DNA of 64,000 bases. Origin: Candidatus Poribacteria bacterium (GTDB lineage: Bacteria > Poribacteria > WGA-4E > PCPOR2b). Below the pieces are notes generated by a model. That model searched no databases. It saw nothing but the letters and a program-made list of their open reading frames with translations, and had not been told where the DNA came from. The stretch covers positions 3,840,001 through 3,904,000 of the forward strand of contig OZ220744.1 of assembly GCA_965116925.1 (NCBI GenBank). Reading direction: 5' to 3'. Of this stretch, positions 1 through 9,030 are shown in pieces (positions within the stretch are counted from its first letter, which is position 1; every line of letters begins with the position of its first letter). Position numbers and translations under genes: made by a program.

Positions 1-171
1 GAATTGTACGGATTTTGGATGGGTTCTGTGTAAAAAAGGAAAGTCGTTTGCTTCAACATCAAGGATTCTGCCGCCAATTTCCGGTTGTAATAGCACTGAA
101 ATATGCTGATTTTCAAGAATGAGTTGGGGGTTCCCCGCATTAAGTTTATCCGCTTCATATATTCTGGTCAT
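1..171 (-). CDS. 5' part of a protein running off the window edge; galactose-mutarotase-like/DUF5107-like N-terminus
   Basis: Manual translation MTRIYEADKLNAGNPQLILENQHISVLLQPEIGGRILDV...; the LEN-x-x-I-x-V-x-x-x-P-E-x-GGRI motif; strong RBS AGAAAGGAGG upstream. Confidence 0.6.
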   Translation of the reverse strand, partial: MTRIYEADKLNAGNPQLILENQHISVLLQPEIGGRILDVEANDFPFLHRTHPKSVQF

Positions 172-314
172 CCGCTTTGTCCTCCTTTCTTAGTTTTGTT
201 ATTTGAAGGTGTTCTCCGCTTTTGGGTTGTTCTGATTACGTTTCAAGGACGGAGGCAGTTGTTGCATAGATTCATTGAATTATGTGATAGTATACAAGCC
301 CGACCTACCAAGTT

Positions 315-1361
315 TTAATTTGGATACCATGGCCAATCAATTTTATGCCAGATTCCTTGACTCGCAGCGGGCGTCCCCCCGTAGGCGAACCAAGTTAATC
401 CGAGATTTGGGCACGCAACATTGGCGTAGACTGTCCAAAAATTGTCTGCCTCTCTCCGTTGTTCGACATCTGTATCAGCAAGAATACGAATTAAATCATC
501 GGGCAAATGTGAAGAGAATTCTCTTTCAAGAAGCGTCTCTATTCTGTCAAAGCGGTGTTCTGACCTCGAAGGGGCTTTGCCGCTGATACGTTTGTTTGTC
601 GAACAACTGTGATTTGTTGCGACAATTCTTCCGTGAAGTGGATCCCTTCTTGCGTGGCTTGAACAAGCACATTCAAAAACAACAAATTCATTGGTTTTGC
701 CATCGACAACGAATAAGTTCATCCCACCAATGCGGTCAACAGTATTCAACAGGTTCTCTACATCTGAAATCGTGCGACATGTTTCAAGTGCTTCTGGAAT
801 GAATACATAAAAGTCCAAGTACGGTTTTTCTGGAGCCGGTGCATCAGAGGTAGGGAGGGCGTTGGCATGGAGCCAGAGTTTTTCTTTGTTCACGCCTGTT
901 GCTGTAAAAACGTCCCCTTGGAGACCAAAAGTCATCGTGGGAAGGCGTCCCTCAACCTCCCGAATGATGGTGTATCCCCACAGGTCTGGGAGCCAAGCAT
1001 CGTTGTTTCGACCCACCCATGCCTTTCCATCAATCTCGCATACAAAGGCACTGCAATTTTTCAAAAAACAACTTTCCGAAAACCACCATTGTGCAAGCCT
1101 TTCTAGAGGGACTCCAGATCCGTCCGACATTCCCTCTATCTCTTCCTGAAATCGTAATGGCAATTTACGAAGCCATGGCAGTGCACCACGCCGTAACTTT
1201 TCTACATCAATGAGGTTGAGCCTTTGTAACCCGGCATCGACATAGAGGTGGATATATTCCTCAAAAACATCTTTCAAAGCACGTCCGTGATTAAAACCAA
1301 TTTCTCTTGGTGTGCCTTTTAAGCGACAAATACGATTGTTATCAACGGTCGCAATTTCCAT
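315..1361 (-). CDS. Peptidase C45 family Ntn-hydrolase (acyl-CoA:6-APA acyltransferase-like)
   Basis: N-terminal 'GTPREIGFNHG', 'EEIEGMSDG', putative nucleophile in 'NCSAF', 'GRNND', 'TGVNKEKL', 'ATNH' motifs. Confidence 0.8.
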   Translation of the reverse strand: MEIATVDNNRICRLKGTPREIGFNHGRALKDVFEEYIHLYVDAGLQRLNLIDVEKLRRGALPWLRKLPLRFQEEIEGMSDGSGVPLERLAQWWFSESCFLKNCSAFVCEIDGKAWVGRNNDAWLPDLWGYTIIREVEGRLPTMTFGLQGDVFTATGVNKEKLWLHANALPTSDAPAPEKPYLDFYVFIPEALETCRTISDVENLLNTVDRIGGMNLFVVDGKTNEFVVFECACSSHARRDPLHGRIVATNHSCSTNKRISGKAPSRSEHRFDRIETLLEREFSSHLPDDLIRILADTDVEQRREADNFWTVYANVACPNLGLTWFAYGGTPAASQGIWHKIDWPWYPN

Positions 1362-1388
1362 TTTTCTGTGTCCATGTTTGTTTTAGTG

Positions 1389-1928
1389 TCACAACCGATC
1401 CACTCGATCCAGCCATCCCGTTGAAAGATCCCAATCAAATAGATCACCGGGATTTCCGCTTTCCTTCATACGAATCCACTCGTCAACACTGGATTTTTTG
1501 AATCGTAGTTCAGCGCCCACCTCAAAGTGAGGGATCTCGTTGAGCAGCTTCCACACCACGTCTGGTTCGATTTGCAGGTAAGCGGCGACCTCCTCCAATG
1601 TCATAATTTCTTTCGCCGGCCCTAAACGTCCCCCGTCCCGATCTACACGGCTTTCCAGACGGATAATTGCTTCTCGTAAAGCGTAGATGGCGGATACGAG
1701 ATCGGAATCAGGTGCATACAGACGTTCCTGTAATGTTTCCCACCAATTTTGTGCTGGCTGGATCGTTTCCGCCTTATGCGTTGATTCAATTGTTGCTTTC
1801 AGTTTGTCGTGTTCGGCGGCGCATTCCTTACAATCCGCAAGATGCGCCTCGATTGTATGCTTACCCATTGAAGAAAGCTCGTCGTCGATGTAGGCGACAA
1901 GTTCTTCGCGAACATTATTACATTCCAT
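1389..1928 (-). CDS. Zinc-finger anti-sigma-like (zf-HC2) domain fused to an excisionase-like HTH_17 DNA-binding domain
   Basis: 'MECNNVREELVAYIDDEL...EAHLADCKEC' (C...HxxxCxxC) plus 'IMTLEEVAAYLQI...IPHFEVGAELRFKKSSVDEWI'. Confidence 0.75.
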   Translation of the reverse strand: MECNNVREELVAYIDDELSSMGKHTIEAHLADCKECAAEHDKLKATIESTHKAETIQPAQNWWETLQERLYAPDSDLVSAIYALREAIIRLESRVDRDGGRLGPAKEIMTLEEVAAYLQIEPDVVWKLLNEIPHFEVGAELRFKKSSVDEWIRMKESGNPGDLFDWDLSTGWLDRVDRL

Positions 1929-2018
1929 TTTTGAATCCTCCTTTTGATTTCGTAATGCTTAGTGCTAAAACATTATGCGGTAAAACTCGCTACTCTTTAT
2001 GTTTGCTAAAATTAGAAA

Positions 2019-2046
2019 GTAGGGAACGCAGATCTGCGTTCCCTAC
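2019..2046. repeat. GTAG-type REP-like perfect palindrome
   Basis: gtagggaacgcagatctgcgttccctac is a perfect 28-bp palindrome; variants at 12271-12298 and 58304-58331. Confidence 0.8.
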
Positions 2047-2083
2047 GACTATCTCTACTTTGAACTCTTTAATACTCATTGTG

Positions 2084-3265
2084 TTAGCGGAAGGCCGGAT
2101 AGTCCGGCATCTCCTCCAAATCCGCCCAGCGTTTCCGCAATTTAGTAGCCATATCACGGACGGTTGCACCGAGGACTTCCAGATGTCCAAATTCCTCCGA
2201 CACTTGTCCAAAGATGTCGAAACACAATAGGAGAATCTGACGCTGCGTTGAGATTCCCCATTTATGGTCTTCTTCCCATACCTTTTCTATGAAATTGAGC
2301 CTAGAGTGAATTGCCCAGTAGGCACACGCTTCGACAACGGATCGAAAAAAAAGCGTATCGTCCGTTGCTTCAGGGCATCCCTTCACAAGCTCGACACGAT
2401 ACGCCATCTCCATTTTTTCAACTACATCATTTGGCACACGGTTAATATGGTACCATGTTGGGAAGCAGGCACGACCGTAGATCCCATCTCTAAGTGCATG
2501 TCGGAACTCACCAAACTCAAAGTCGAAGAGTTTCCTTTCATCGCCGACAGGCAGCGCATTCATAGGAATCGGATCGCCGTGCGTATAAGCTTGGAATGGC
2601 CCTGGGGCAGCAATGAATGTCGCAACCGTTTTCATTTCTGTCTTTGCTCCACGATGGGCTTTCACTCCAATCCTTCCACAGACTTCATCTAATTTTCCCA
2701 TAAGCCGCTGCCATTCGCCGGTTATAGAAGGAGGCTTGTCTCTGGGACCGAGTCGGTCACGGATGCTATCGTACACCGCCTTTTTAGGAATCGTCAGGGC
2801 GTGCATTTTCCCCAGTGCCCTTGCCAGTTTGATTAATTCCCCCGTTGCAGCTGTGGGCGATTCTCCGCGCAGACTCCCGTAAAAATTCCGCCCGTCTCCT
2901 AAATCCTCAATGACCATAAGCCCCTTTTCCCAATCTCCGGCATAAAATTGTGCGGCTGGCGAATTTCCATCTGAAATTTCGCTCAAAAATTCGAGTCCCG
3001 CCCAATCGTTGAAGAATCGGGGAACCATTTCATCCGGTGAGTTCGGATGAAATTCCGTTCCATCAGTGGTCAGTGCCCTTTTGATGACAACACTTTGCGG
3101 GACACCGGGAGGACTTTCTAGCATACAGCAGCGAAGGACCGTCGCCCGATCTGTATCAAATTCTGTTTCCATTTTAAGCCGCACATCGCCCCCGAATGCT
3201 TTACAGAGTACATTTTCTGCGATTGCTACGGTTTCGGCATGGTCTTTTTGGTCTGATTCAGGCAT
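2084..3265 (-). CDS. Aminoglycoside phosphotransferase/choline kinase-like protein
   Basis: 'VVIKR', 'MVIEDLG', Brenner-like 'HGDPIPMN', 'LFDFE'; start chosen at MPESDQ after GAAGGA RBS. Confidence 0.75.
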   Translation of the reverse strand: MPESDQKDHAETVAIAENVLCKAFGGDVRLKMETEFDTDRATVLRCCMLESPPGVPQSVVIKRALTTDGTEFHPNSPDEMVPRFFNDWAGLEFLSEISDGNSPAAQFYAGDWEKGLMVIEDLGDGRNFYGSLRGESPTAATGELIKLARALGKMHALTIPKKAVYDSIRDRLGPRDKPPSITGEWQRLMGKLDEVCGRIGVKAHRGAKTEMKTVATFIAAPGPFQAYTHGDPIPMNALPVGDERKLFDFEFGEFRHALRDGIYGRACFPTWYHINRVPNDVVEKMEMAYRVELVKGCPEATDDTLFFRSVVEACAYWAIHSRLNFIEKVWEEDHKWGISTQRQILLLCFDIFGQVSEEFGHLEVLGATVRDMATKLRKRWADLEEMPDYPAFR

Positions 3266-3302
3266 TATAAGTCCTTCAGTTGACAAATCAACGCAAAACG
3301 GA

Positions 3303-4106
3303 TTAAGAATCTACTTTCTCTGCCACCCAAGCCATATATTTGGGCAGTTGGGATAGCAGTGAAGATTGCTCAGCCTGCGCTCGTGTTTCCACCATCTTCT
3401 TGATATACAAACCCGCTTCTGCGATTGCGTTGATAACATCCGCAAGTGGGTGAAAAAATTCAACGATTGGCAGATTTCCATCCCAACCGCCGTATTCATC
3501 GGCGATAGGCGTTCCTGTAAAATTGGAGTATTCTGGCGAGTCGTCAAAATAGTCACGTATGACCGTAAGTGAACAACCCGTTTCTTTTAAGCAACTTACC
3601 ACCGGATGATCGGCAGACAACAACAGACGTCCACCCGGTTTCAAGACACGATGCCATACACGTGCAGCTTGATACAGGTCTTCCAGCCAGCAGATATAGG
3701 TGGCATAAACGATGTCAAACTGATTGTCCGCGATTGGTGCCAAGATTTGGGCATCGGCAACCTTGAATTCAATACGGGAGCCAATTTTCTCGGCGTTGCG
3801 TTTTGCCAGTTTAATCGCCACGGGACTAAAATCACAAGCAACAACCTCGGCACCCAGATTTTCCCACGAAAAGGCTTGCGTGGCATCGCCGGCACAACAG
3901 ATGTCTAACAGTTTTTTTTCTTTGACATCGCCAGCCAGTGCAATTTCTACATCATTCAACTCAACACCTCCATTTGCAAAAAATTGATGAAAGTCTGGGC
4001 GTTTCTTTAGCTTAAATGATGTATAATGTGGGTGGTAAGCGTCCCACGCCTTGCGGGACATTTCAAGATGTTCTGCTTTCGTTAAATTTGATTCTGTCTT
4101 TTTCAT
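3303..4106 (-). CDS. Class I SAM-dependent methyltransferase
   Basis: 'KLLDICCAGDA' motif-I variant, 'ACDFSPVAI', 'FDIVY', 'RVLKPGGRLL'. Confidence 0.85.
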   Translation of the reverse strand: MKKTESNLTKAEHLEMSRKAWDAYHPHYTSFKLKKRPDFHQFFANGGVELNDVEIALAGDVKEKKLLDICCAGDATQAFSWENLGAEVVACDFSPVAIKLAKRNAEKIGSRIEFKVADAQILAPIADNQFDIVYATYICWLEDLYQAARVWHRVLKPGGRLLLSADHPVVSCLKETGCSLTVIRDYFDDSPEYSNFTGTPIADEYGGWDGNLPIVEFFHPLADVINAIAEAGLYIKKMVETRAQAEQSSLLSQLPKYMAWVAEKVDS

Positions 4107-4150
4107 CCGTATTCCCATTCCCTTGAAAATCATCACGGTCTGGTTTGTCG

Positions 4151-4347
4151 GTGATGTTCACGGAGTAACGGCACACGGAGTGTGCCTACTACTTTATTCG
4201 GTGGTGTTCACGGAGTAACGGCACACGGAGTGTGCCTACTACTTTATTCGGTGGTGTTCACGGAGTAACGGCACACGGAGTGTGCCTACTACTTTATTCG
4301 GTGGTGTTCACGGAGTAACGGCACACGGAGTGTGCCTACTACTTTAT
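4151..4347. repeat. About four tandem 50-bp units, each with a REP-like hairpin (BIME-like)
   Basis: Unit gtggtgttcacggagtaacggcacacggagtgtgcctactactttattcg starts at 4151, 4201, 4251, 4301; hairpin ggcacac-gga-gtgtgcc followed by tactac (GTAG on the minus strand); no unique spacers. Confidence 0.9.
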
Positions 4348-4357
4348 AATGTTTATT

Positions 4358-4465
4358 TATAGTAGATTTTAGAATTAATGAAACACTCCAAATCGGCGCA
4401 GTTGGAAACAGCGCCTACCAAACATGGGGAACGAAAGTGTCTATTTATTTTTTGAATTCACTATA
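4358..4465. mobile_element. MITE family A (TATAGT...ACTATA ends) carrying a central REP hairpin
   Basis: 108 bp with inverted ends tatagtagattttagaat / tttgaattcactata; core ggcgcagttggaaacagcgcctac; other copies at 13103, 21290, 31424. Confidence 0.8.
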
Positions 4466-4475
4466 TTTTTAGCGT

Positions 4476-6545
4476 TCACCATAATTGACGAAAATTTGGG
4501 AAGTTGGATTCAAACAGATACGCGAGTTTCGTAAACACAGCTCGCTCACCCGGCAGGCTATCCACAAACACAAAGAAGAAGTGGCTTTCTGGGGTGAACT
4601 CGTAGTCGAAGATTGCGTTGAAATTGTAGCTAATCTCATCTTGCAGCCGCTCATCAACGCGTTCAACAAAAATGAGCCAACCGATCTTTCGGGTTAATTG
4701 ATAGTTACTGCGGAGCCGGAAAATCAGTGTGTTTCGATACGTGCGCCAAAAGAAATTCTCAAGGTCTATATCAGCAGTCAGCTTGCCGAAGAGGTTGACA
4801 CCCGCAGAGCAGCTAGTAAATCGGTTGAACTCATCTCGACGTGTGCCGAAACGATTTCCAACCCCTAAGTGCCACCACGGTGCTTCATAAGCAACCTCTG
4901 AACCGATAAACTTGGTGTCAAAAAGTTGACCGACTTCGCGGAGTACACCAAACCCACCGGAAGTGAAGAGGTCAAACCGACCAACATCAATATTGAAACG
5001 GAACTCGCTCCGCCGTTCCCGTAGTAATTTTTGTGCATTGATTTGATGAAAATGGCGCGTATCAATCTGAAACAGCTGCACCAAATTTTCCTCCGGAAAC
5101 TCATAGTTGTATCTTACACGGGCACGGCTCCGACGGAACGCCTCATCTTCAAGCCCCATCTCATTTGGACGAAAGCCGTCCTGAATCTCTTCGAGCCGAA
5201 TGTTGGCGAGCCACCCTTGATGCAGCCATTCCATCGCGGTATAATACGCCCAGTGCGTTTCACCATCAATGAGGTCAACCGCATACTGCGATGTCGCAGT
5301 CCAGTTTCGATGAAGTCCAAATCGACCGTTGAGCGATAGGAGTCCTACATCGCGGTCAGCTTGGTGTTTGTGTGTGCCCATTGCGCCGATGACAGTCCGC
5401 TCACCGATATTGTAATTCACCCGCCCAGCTAAAAGATTCGCCTGCTTTTTCTGATCGGCATCGTATCGATCTATCATTTTGCCATAGGTATTGACAACCG
5501 AGAAATTAGCACCGCCCATTGTACCTGCTGTTTTGGCACCGAAATCAATTTCTTGAACACGACGGGTGTAGAATAGATTGAGCGGTAGATCAAACAACTC
5601 GGCACCCTCCCGGAAGAATGGACGGCGTTCAGGGAGAGACAATTCCCGGTCACTTGCGATGTTAATTTGGGTTGGATCGCTCTCTAATTGTGAAAAATCG
5701 GGATTAAAAGTCACATTTGAGGTGAGGCGCGTCGAAATTGGGAGGATAAGGTCTAACCCACCATCAAGGTCATTGGGTCGATTTTCTATCGCGCGATAGC
5801 TACCGTAGGGGAGAATACCGAGTTTCTGCTCTGTTTTGATCTTTTCCAAATTTAAGCCAGTTAAATTGCCAAACTCCGACACACGTGAGAAAAAAGCGGT
5901 GTGTGCCCAAGAATAGGATTGACTGTTTACCGGACGGACCCGCCAAAAGTTAATCCCCCATGTGGTATTGCGCGGATTAAAACGGAGTGCACGGAACGGA
6001 ATCGCAAATTCTGCGGTCCAACCATTCTGGTGTTTCTTTATTTTCGCTTCCCATTTTGCATCCCAACTCATGTCGAAAACACTCTCGTTGCTGACCCGCT
6101 CATCTGTCTGTGTGCCGAGCGTATTGACGGCAAAAATGTAGCAGTTACGACGGTCATGATAGGTATCAAGCATCACTTCGATACAGTCATTCTGCCAAAC
6201 AGGGGAATCCCGGCGCGTTTTCGTTTCACGTAGACTGTTCATGTCCGGTTCCTCGCAATGCACACCGATATAGAGGGTATTCTCATCGTACAAAACCTTT
6301 GCTTGAGTGTTTAGCTGTGCAAGCTGAATGTCTCCCTCTTTTGCACGGAAGAACTTGTTGGCAACTTGGGCGTGTTGCCATACACTGTCGGTAAGCTTGC
6401 CATCAATAACCGGGGGAGTATCCACCCATGTGGCATTGATGGTGCGCGTCGAATTTTGCGTTTCTGCGAAAAGCGGTATAGCGAACAGCGCAATTAGCAC
6501 CCAAAGTATTGCACGCAGCCACTGCAGCCGTTTAGTTTTCTCCAC
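4476..6545 (-). CDS. CBM9-like sugar-binding domain + DUF5916-type outer-membrane beta-barrel protein
   Basis: Signal peptide; 'PPVIDGKLTDSVW', 'WTAEFAIPF', 'WGINF', 'TFNPDFSQLESD', 'LPERRPFF', 'LFYTRR'. Confidence 0.8.
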   Translation of the reverse strand: MEKTKRLQWLRAILWVLIALFAIPLFAETQNSTRTINATWVDTPPVIDGKLTDSVWQHAQVANKFFRAKEGDIQLAQLNTQAKVLYDENTLYIGVHCEEPDMNSLRETKTRRDSPVWQNDCIEVMLDTYHDRRNCYIFAVNTLGTQTDERVSNESVFDMSWDAKWEAKIKKHQNGWTAEFAIPFRALRFNPRNTTWGINFWRVRPVNSQSYSWAHTAFFSRVSEFGNLTGLNLEKIKTEQKLGILPYGSYRAIENRPNDLDGGLDLILPISTRLTSNVTFNPDFSQLESDPTQINIASDRELSLPERRPFFREGAELFDLPLNLFYTRRVQEIDFGAKTAGTMGGANFSVVNTYGKMIDRYDADQKKQANLLAGRVNYNIGERTVIGAMGTHKHQADRDVGLLSLNGRFGLHRNWTATSQYAVDLIDGETHWAYYTAMEWLHQGWLANIRLEEIQDGFRPNEMGLEDEAFRRSRARVRYNYEFPEENLVQLFQIDTRHFHQINAQKLLRERRSEFRFNIDVGRFDLFTSGGFGVLREVGQLFDTKFIGSEVAYEAPWWHLGVGNRFGTRRDEFNRFTSCSAGVNLFGKLTADIDLENFFWRTYRNTLIFRLRSNYQLTRKIGWLIFVERVDERLQDEISYNFNAIFDYEFTPESHFFFVFVDSLPGERAVFTKLAYLFESNFPNFRQLW

Positions 6546-6627
6546 CCTCTTTTTCTCCTACCTCATTTGTGCCCAAAGTTGCACTTTGTATTTCAGAACC
6601 CAGATTTTTCCACGAAATAGTCATTTA

Positions 6628-7401
6628 TTAGATCTCTCCATTCAGGTGTGTTTTCACTTGTGCCAACATCTCCTCTTCAGAGATTGCCTCCTCCCGGTCT
6701 CCAGCGTATTGCACTTCCACCCACCGATAAATCTTCTCGACTGCTGGATGGGTTTCGCCTATGGGCGTTTGACCTTCCCCCTCCAGATAGGCATTTATCC
6801 ACAACAACACACCATATTTGCCGGAGGTTCTGGTAATGATAATATCGACTAATTCTTCTTTGTCTTCTTTCGTCTGTGGAAATTTGCCTTCTTTGTTCAC
6901 TTCCAAACCGGATACATTGGAGATAACTGCCTTATCAATATAGGAGTGTTTGAAGGCGTAATGATGCGGACGTGGGTTGTCAAATTCGGTATATTTGCCG
7001 ATATTAATCTGGCAACGAAAAACCACCGGTGCTTTCCCACGAGATTGTGCGAGCTGTGCTGCCCTTGTATGAGCTTCCCTTGATTTTTGGGTAAACCAGA
7101 TCTTCTTCCCTGCCCGCGCCCGCGCCTTGAATCCTTCCGTCATAATCGCCTTGGCTCTATCAATCGTCGTGCCGTGCCAGACGGTGATGACATTTTTAAA
7201 CCCGGTATTCCAGCCCACATTGATAACACTGCGAATCCACTTGGGTTCAACGCCGTGACGAATTGCGAACTCTTCCAGCGTTAGATCCGGGTCTTGTGCA
7301 GCCTGTTTCTGAAATTGTTCTGCCAACCAGGCGAGATCTTTATCTTCAAGTCGTCGCTGATAGAGATCCTGTTTTTGCCGATTTTTTCTTTTTTTCGCCA
7401 A
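6628..7401 (-). CDS. Hypothetical protein: HTH-like N-terminus + ADP-ribosyltransferase/Tpt1-C-like fold + helical C-terminal domain
   Basis: 'VWHGTT...AIMTEGFK...IWFT...A...A...RG..PVVFRCQI' pattern; TTG start after AAAGGGG. Confidence 0.55.
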   Translation of the reverse strand: MAKKRKNRQKQDLYQRRLEDKDLAWLAEQFQKQAAQDPDLTLEEFAIRHGVEPKWIRSVINVGWNTGFKNVITVWHGTTIDRAKAIMTEGFKARARAGKKIWFTQKSREAHTRAAQLAQSRGKAPVVFRCQINIGKYTEFDNPRPHHYAFKHSYIDKAVISNVSGLEVNKEGKFPQTKEDKEELVDIIITRTSGKYGVLLWINAYLEGEGQTPIGETHPAVEKIYRWVEVQYAGDREEAISEEEMLAQVKTHLNGEI

Positions 7402-7415
7402 TGTAAAACACCCCT

Positions 7416-8747
7416 TTATGACAAACACCAGACATTTCCGGTGAACGGTGGGAATAGACAGTCGAGCAGAACACCCGCTTCGTCCCGTCCATCACAATCG
7501 ACAAAATTGGTTTTCAATTCGTTGAACCGACGGCGACCACACAGGAGTTGCAAAAAAGTCAGATCTGGAAAGCGCGCATCGCCGTCCTCGACTGAATCGG
7601 GCGACCAGTTGGAGATGTCCGTTATTTTTCCGCCGTTAAATTTTAGTTGAATGCCGCTTCGGTAGTAATTCAGTTTCAGTTCGCCGTTATAGCCTTCTGC
7701 GACAGTTCCTACGAGATTCTTTTCTAAAGCAGGCTGGATATGCCGTAAAAAGGCGACTAGATCCGGCACACGGATGTACAATCCATACGGTTCATCCACG
7801 CGGATTTTATTTCCCAGCAAGGCGTGGTAGGCGGGATGTGTGCGTCCAAGTTCCAGGTTGATAGCCTTCAATTCTTGGTCTTTATGATTTCCGTATGCAG
7901 GCATTGCTTGCGCGATTTTCCACAATCCACCCAACATACCCGGCATCAGGTTAAGATAGCCTACGCCGGATTTGAGTTCGATCCGAACGATGTATAGTGC
8001 GTTGTCCTCTATCCACGGGTAGTATTGTACGTAGCCCAACCGATCACCCGCCGCCGTCTCAATGATTAGCCATTTCCAGTGTGCAAAATCGTTTTCTGAA
8101 CGTCCGCCGAACTCATAATTCCATTCCGCCTCTGACCGTAGGGTCGAGAAAGGTTGACGACAACTAGCACAGTCGTACAACTCTCGAATGAAGGTGTGGT
8201 CATCGTCTACCACGGAACGCAGATGATATTTTTCGGAGTCACCATCTTTCAGTTTCGGCAGATCGATTCCAGCTATGGCTCTTCCGCCGTCGATCTCCAT
8301 TGCCATCTCATACCCGAATTGGCGATAGTACCACGGGATGCCGGTGATGCCCTGCATCAGTTCACCCTTCACTGCACTCAAGGCGTGTATCACCTCAAAC
8401 TGTTTTCGCACCAAGCCGCGTCGACGGTATTCCGGTTCCGTGACGACCACTTCGGGTCGCCCAAACTTGAACGGGATCCCACGGTATGCCCACGTCTGGG
8501 AGATGAGACACATTGACGAGACGATTTTGTTCGTGCGGGTATCTTCCACTAATGTAAAATCGCTCGCTTTCACCGTTGGATGACGACCTGACATCAAACC
8601 GCGTATCCCAACTCCTACTTTCTCATCCTCGAAGATGCGGGCGTTAAATTCAGCGAGGGCGTCCACGTCTTCGGGACGTGCAAACCGCAATATTAGATTG
8701 TCGCCTAGATCAATAGGCATTTGAGAGAGAATTGAATTTTTAGACAT
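7416..8747 (-). CDS. Eis-like GNAT acetyltransferase with SCP2-like C-terminus
   Basis: 'VVTEPEYRRRGLVR', 'YYRQFGYE', C-terminal 'FLQLLCG'. Confidence 0.8.
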   Translation of the reverse strand: MSKNSILSQMPIDLGDNLILRFARPEDVDALAEFNARIFEDEKVGVGIRGLMSGRHPTVKASDFTLVEDTRTNKIVSSMCLISQTWAYRGIPFKFGRPEVVVTEPEYRRRGLVRKQFEVIHALSAVKGELMQGITGIPWYYRQFGYEMAMEIDGGRAIAGIDLPKLKDGDSEKYHLRSVVDDDHTFIRELYDCASCRQPFSTLRSEAEWNYEFGGRSENDFAHWKWLIIETAAGDRLGYVQYYPWIEDNALYIVRIELKSGVGYLNLMPGMLGGLWKIAQAMPAYGNHKDQELKAINLELGRTHPAYHALLGNKIRVDEPYGLYIRVPDLVAFLRHIQPALEKNLVGTVAEGYNGELKLNYYRSGIQLKFNGGKITDISNWSPDSVEDGDARFPDLTFLQLLCGRRRFNELKTNFVDCDGRDEAGVLLDCLFPPFTGNVWCLS

Positions 8748-8928
8748 TTACGCTTCCGTCCTCGAGCCATAGCGGCTTGAGATAGTTAATCAATAAATCG
8801 TGGTATCGTTTGATAGGTATTCTCATAAACTTATCAAAAATCACTTTAGGGGTGTATCCCAAGCATTTATGCTTGGGATACACCCATGCTTTAGCGTTAT
8901 TTTTTTTGTGTATTTTGTAGGTAAAACA

Positions 8929-8937
8929 TGATATAAT
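8929..8937 (+). promoter_or_regulatory. Extended -10 promoter (TGnTATAAT) for the tnpB transcript
   Basis: tgatataat directly before the structured leader. Confidence 0.55.
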
Positions 8938-8942
8938 TATGG

Positions 8943-9017
8943 TGGCTTTCGTGGGAAGGTCTCACACCACCGCACGGTGGTGCTTCCCACAGCCTTTGAG
9001 ACAGGATATGAAAGCCA
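8943..9017 (+). ncRNA. Putative structured 5' leader RNA with pseudoknot/kissing loop
   Basis: Perfect helices 8943-50/9010-17, 8951-58/8983-90, 8965-71/8976-82; bulge GTCTCA (8959-64) complementary to TGAGAC (8997-9002). Confidence 0.55.
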
Positions 9018-9030
9018 GAAAGCTAATTCC

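Noticed and set aside
1962..2088. Possible further MITE around the 2019 REP (gctaaaacattatg / cattgtgttagc)
   Set aside because: Inverted ends are too degenerate; no second copy or target duplication seen
4151..4347. Possible CRISPR array
   Set aside because: Units are contiguous and essentially identical with no unique spacers; no cas genes
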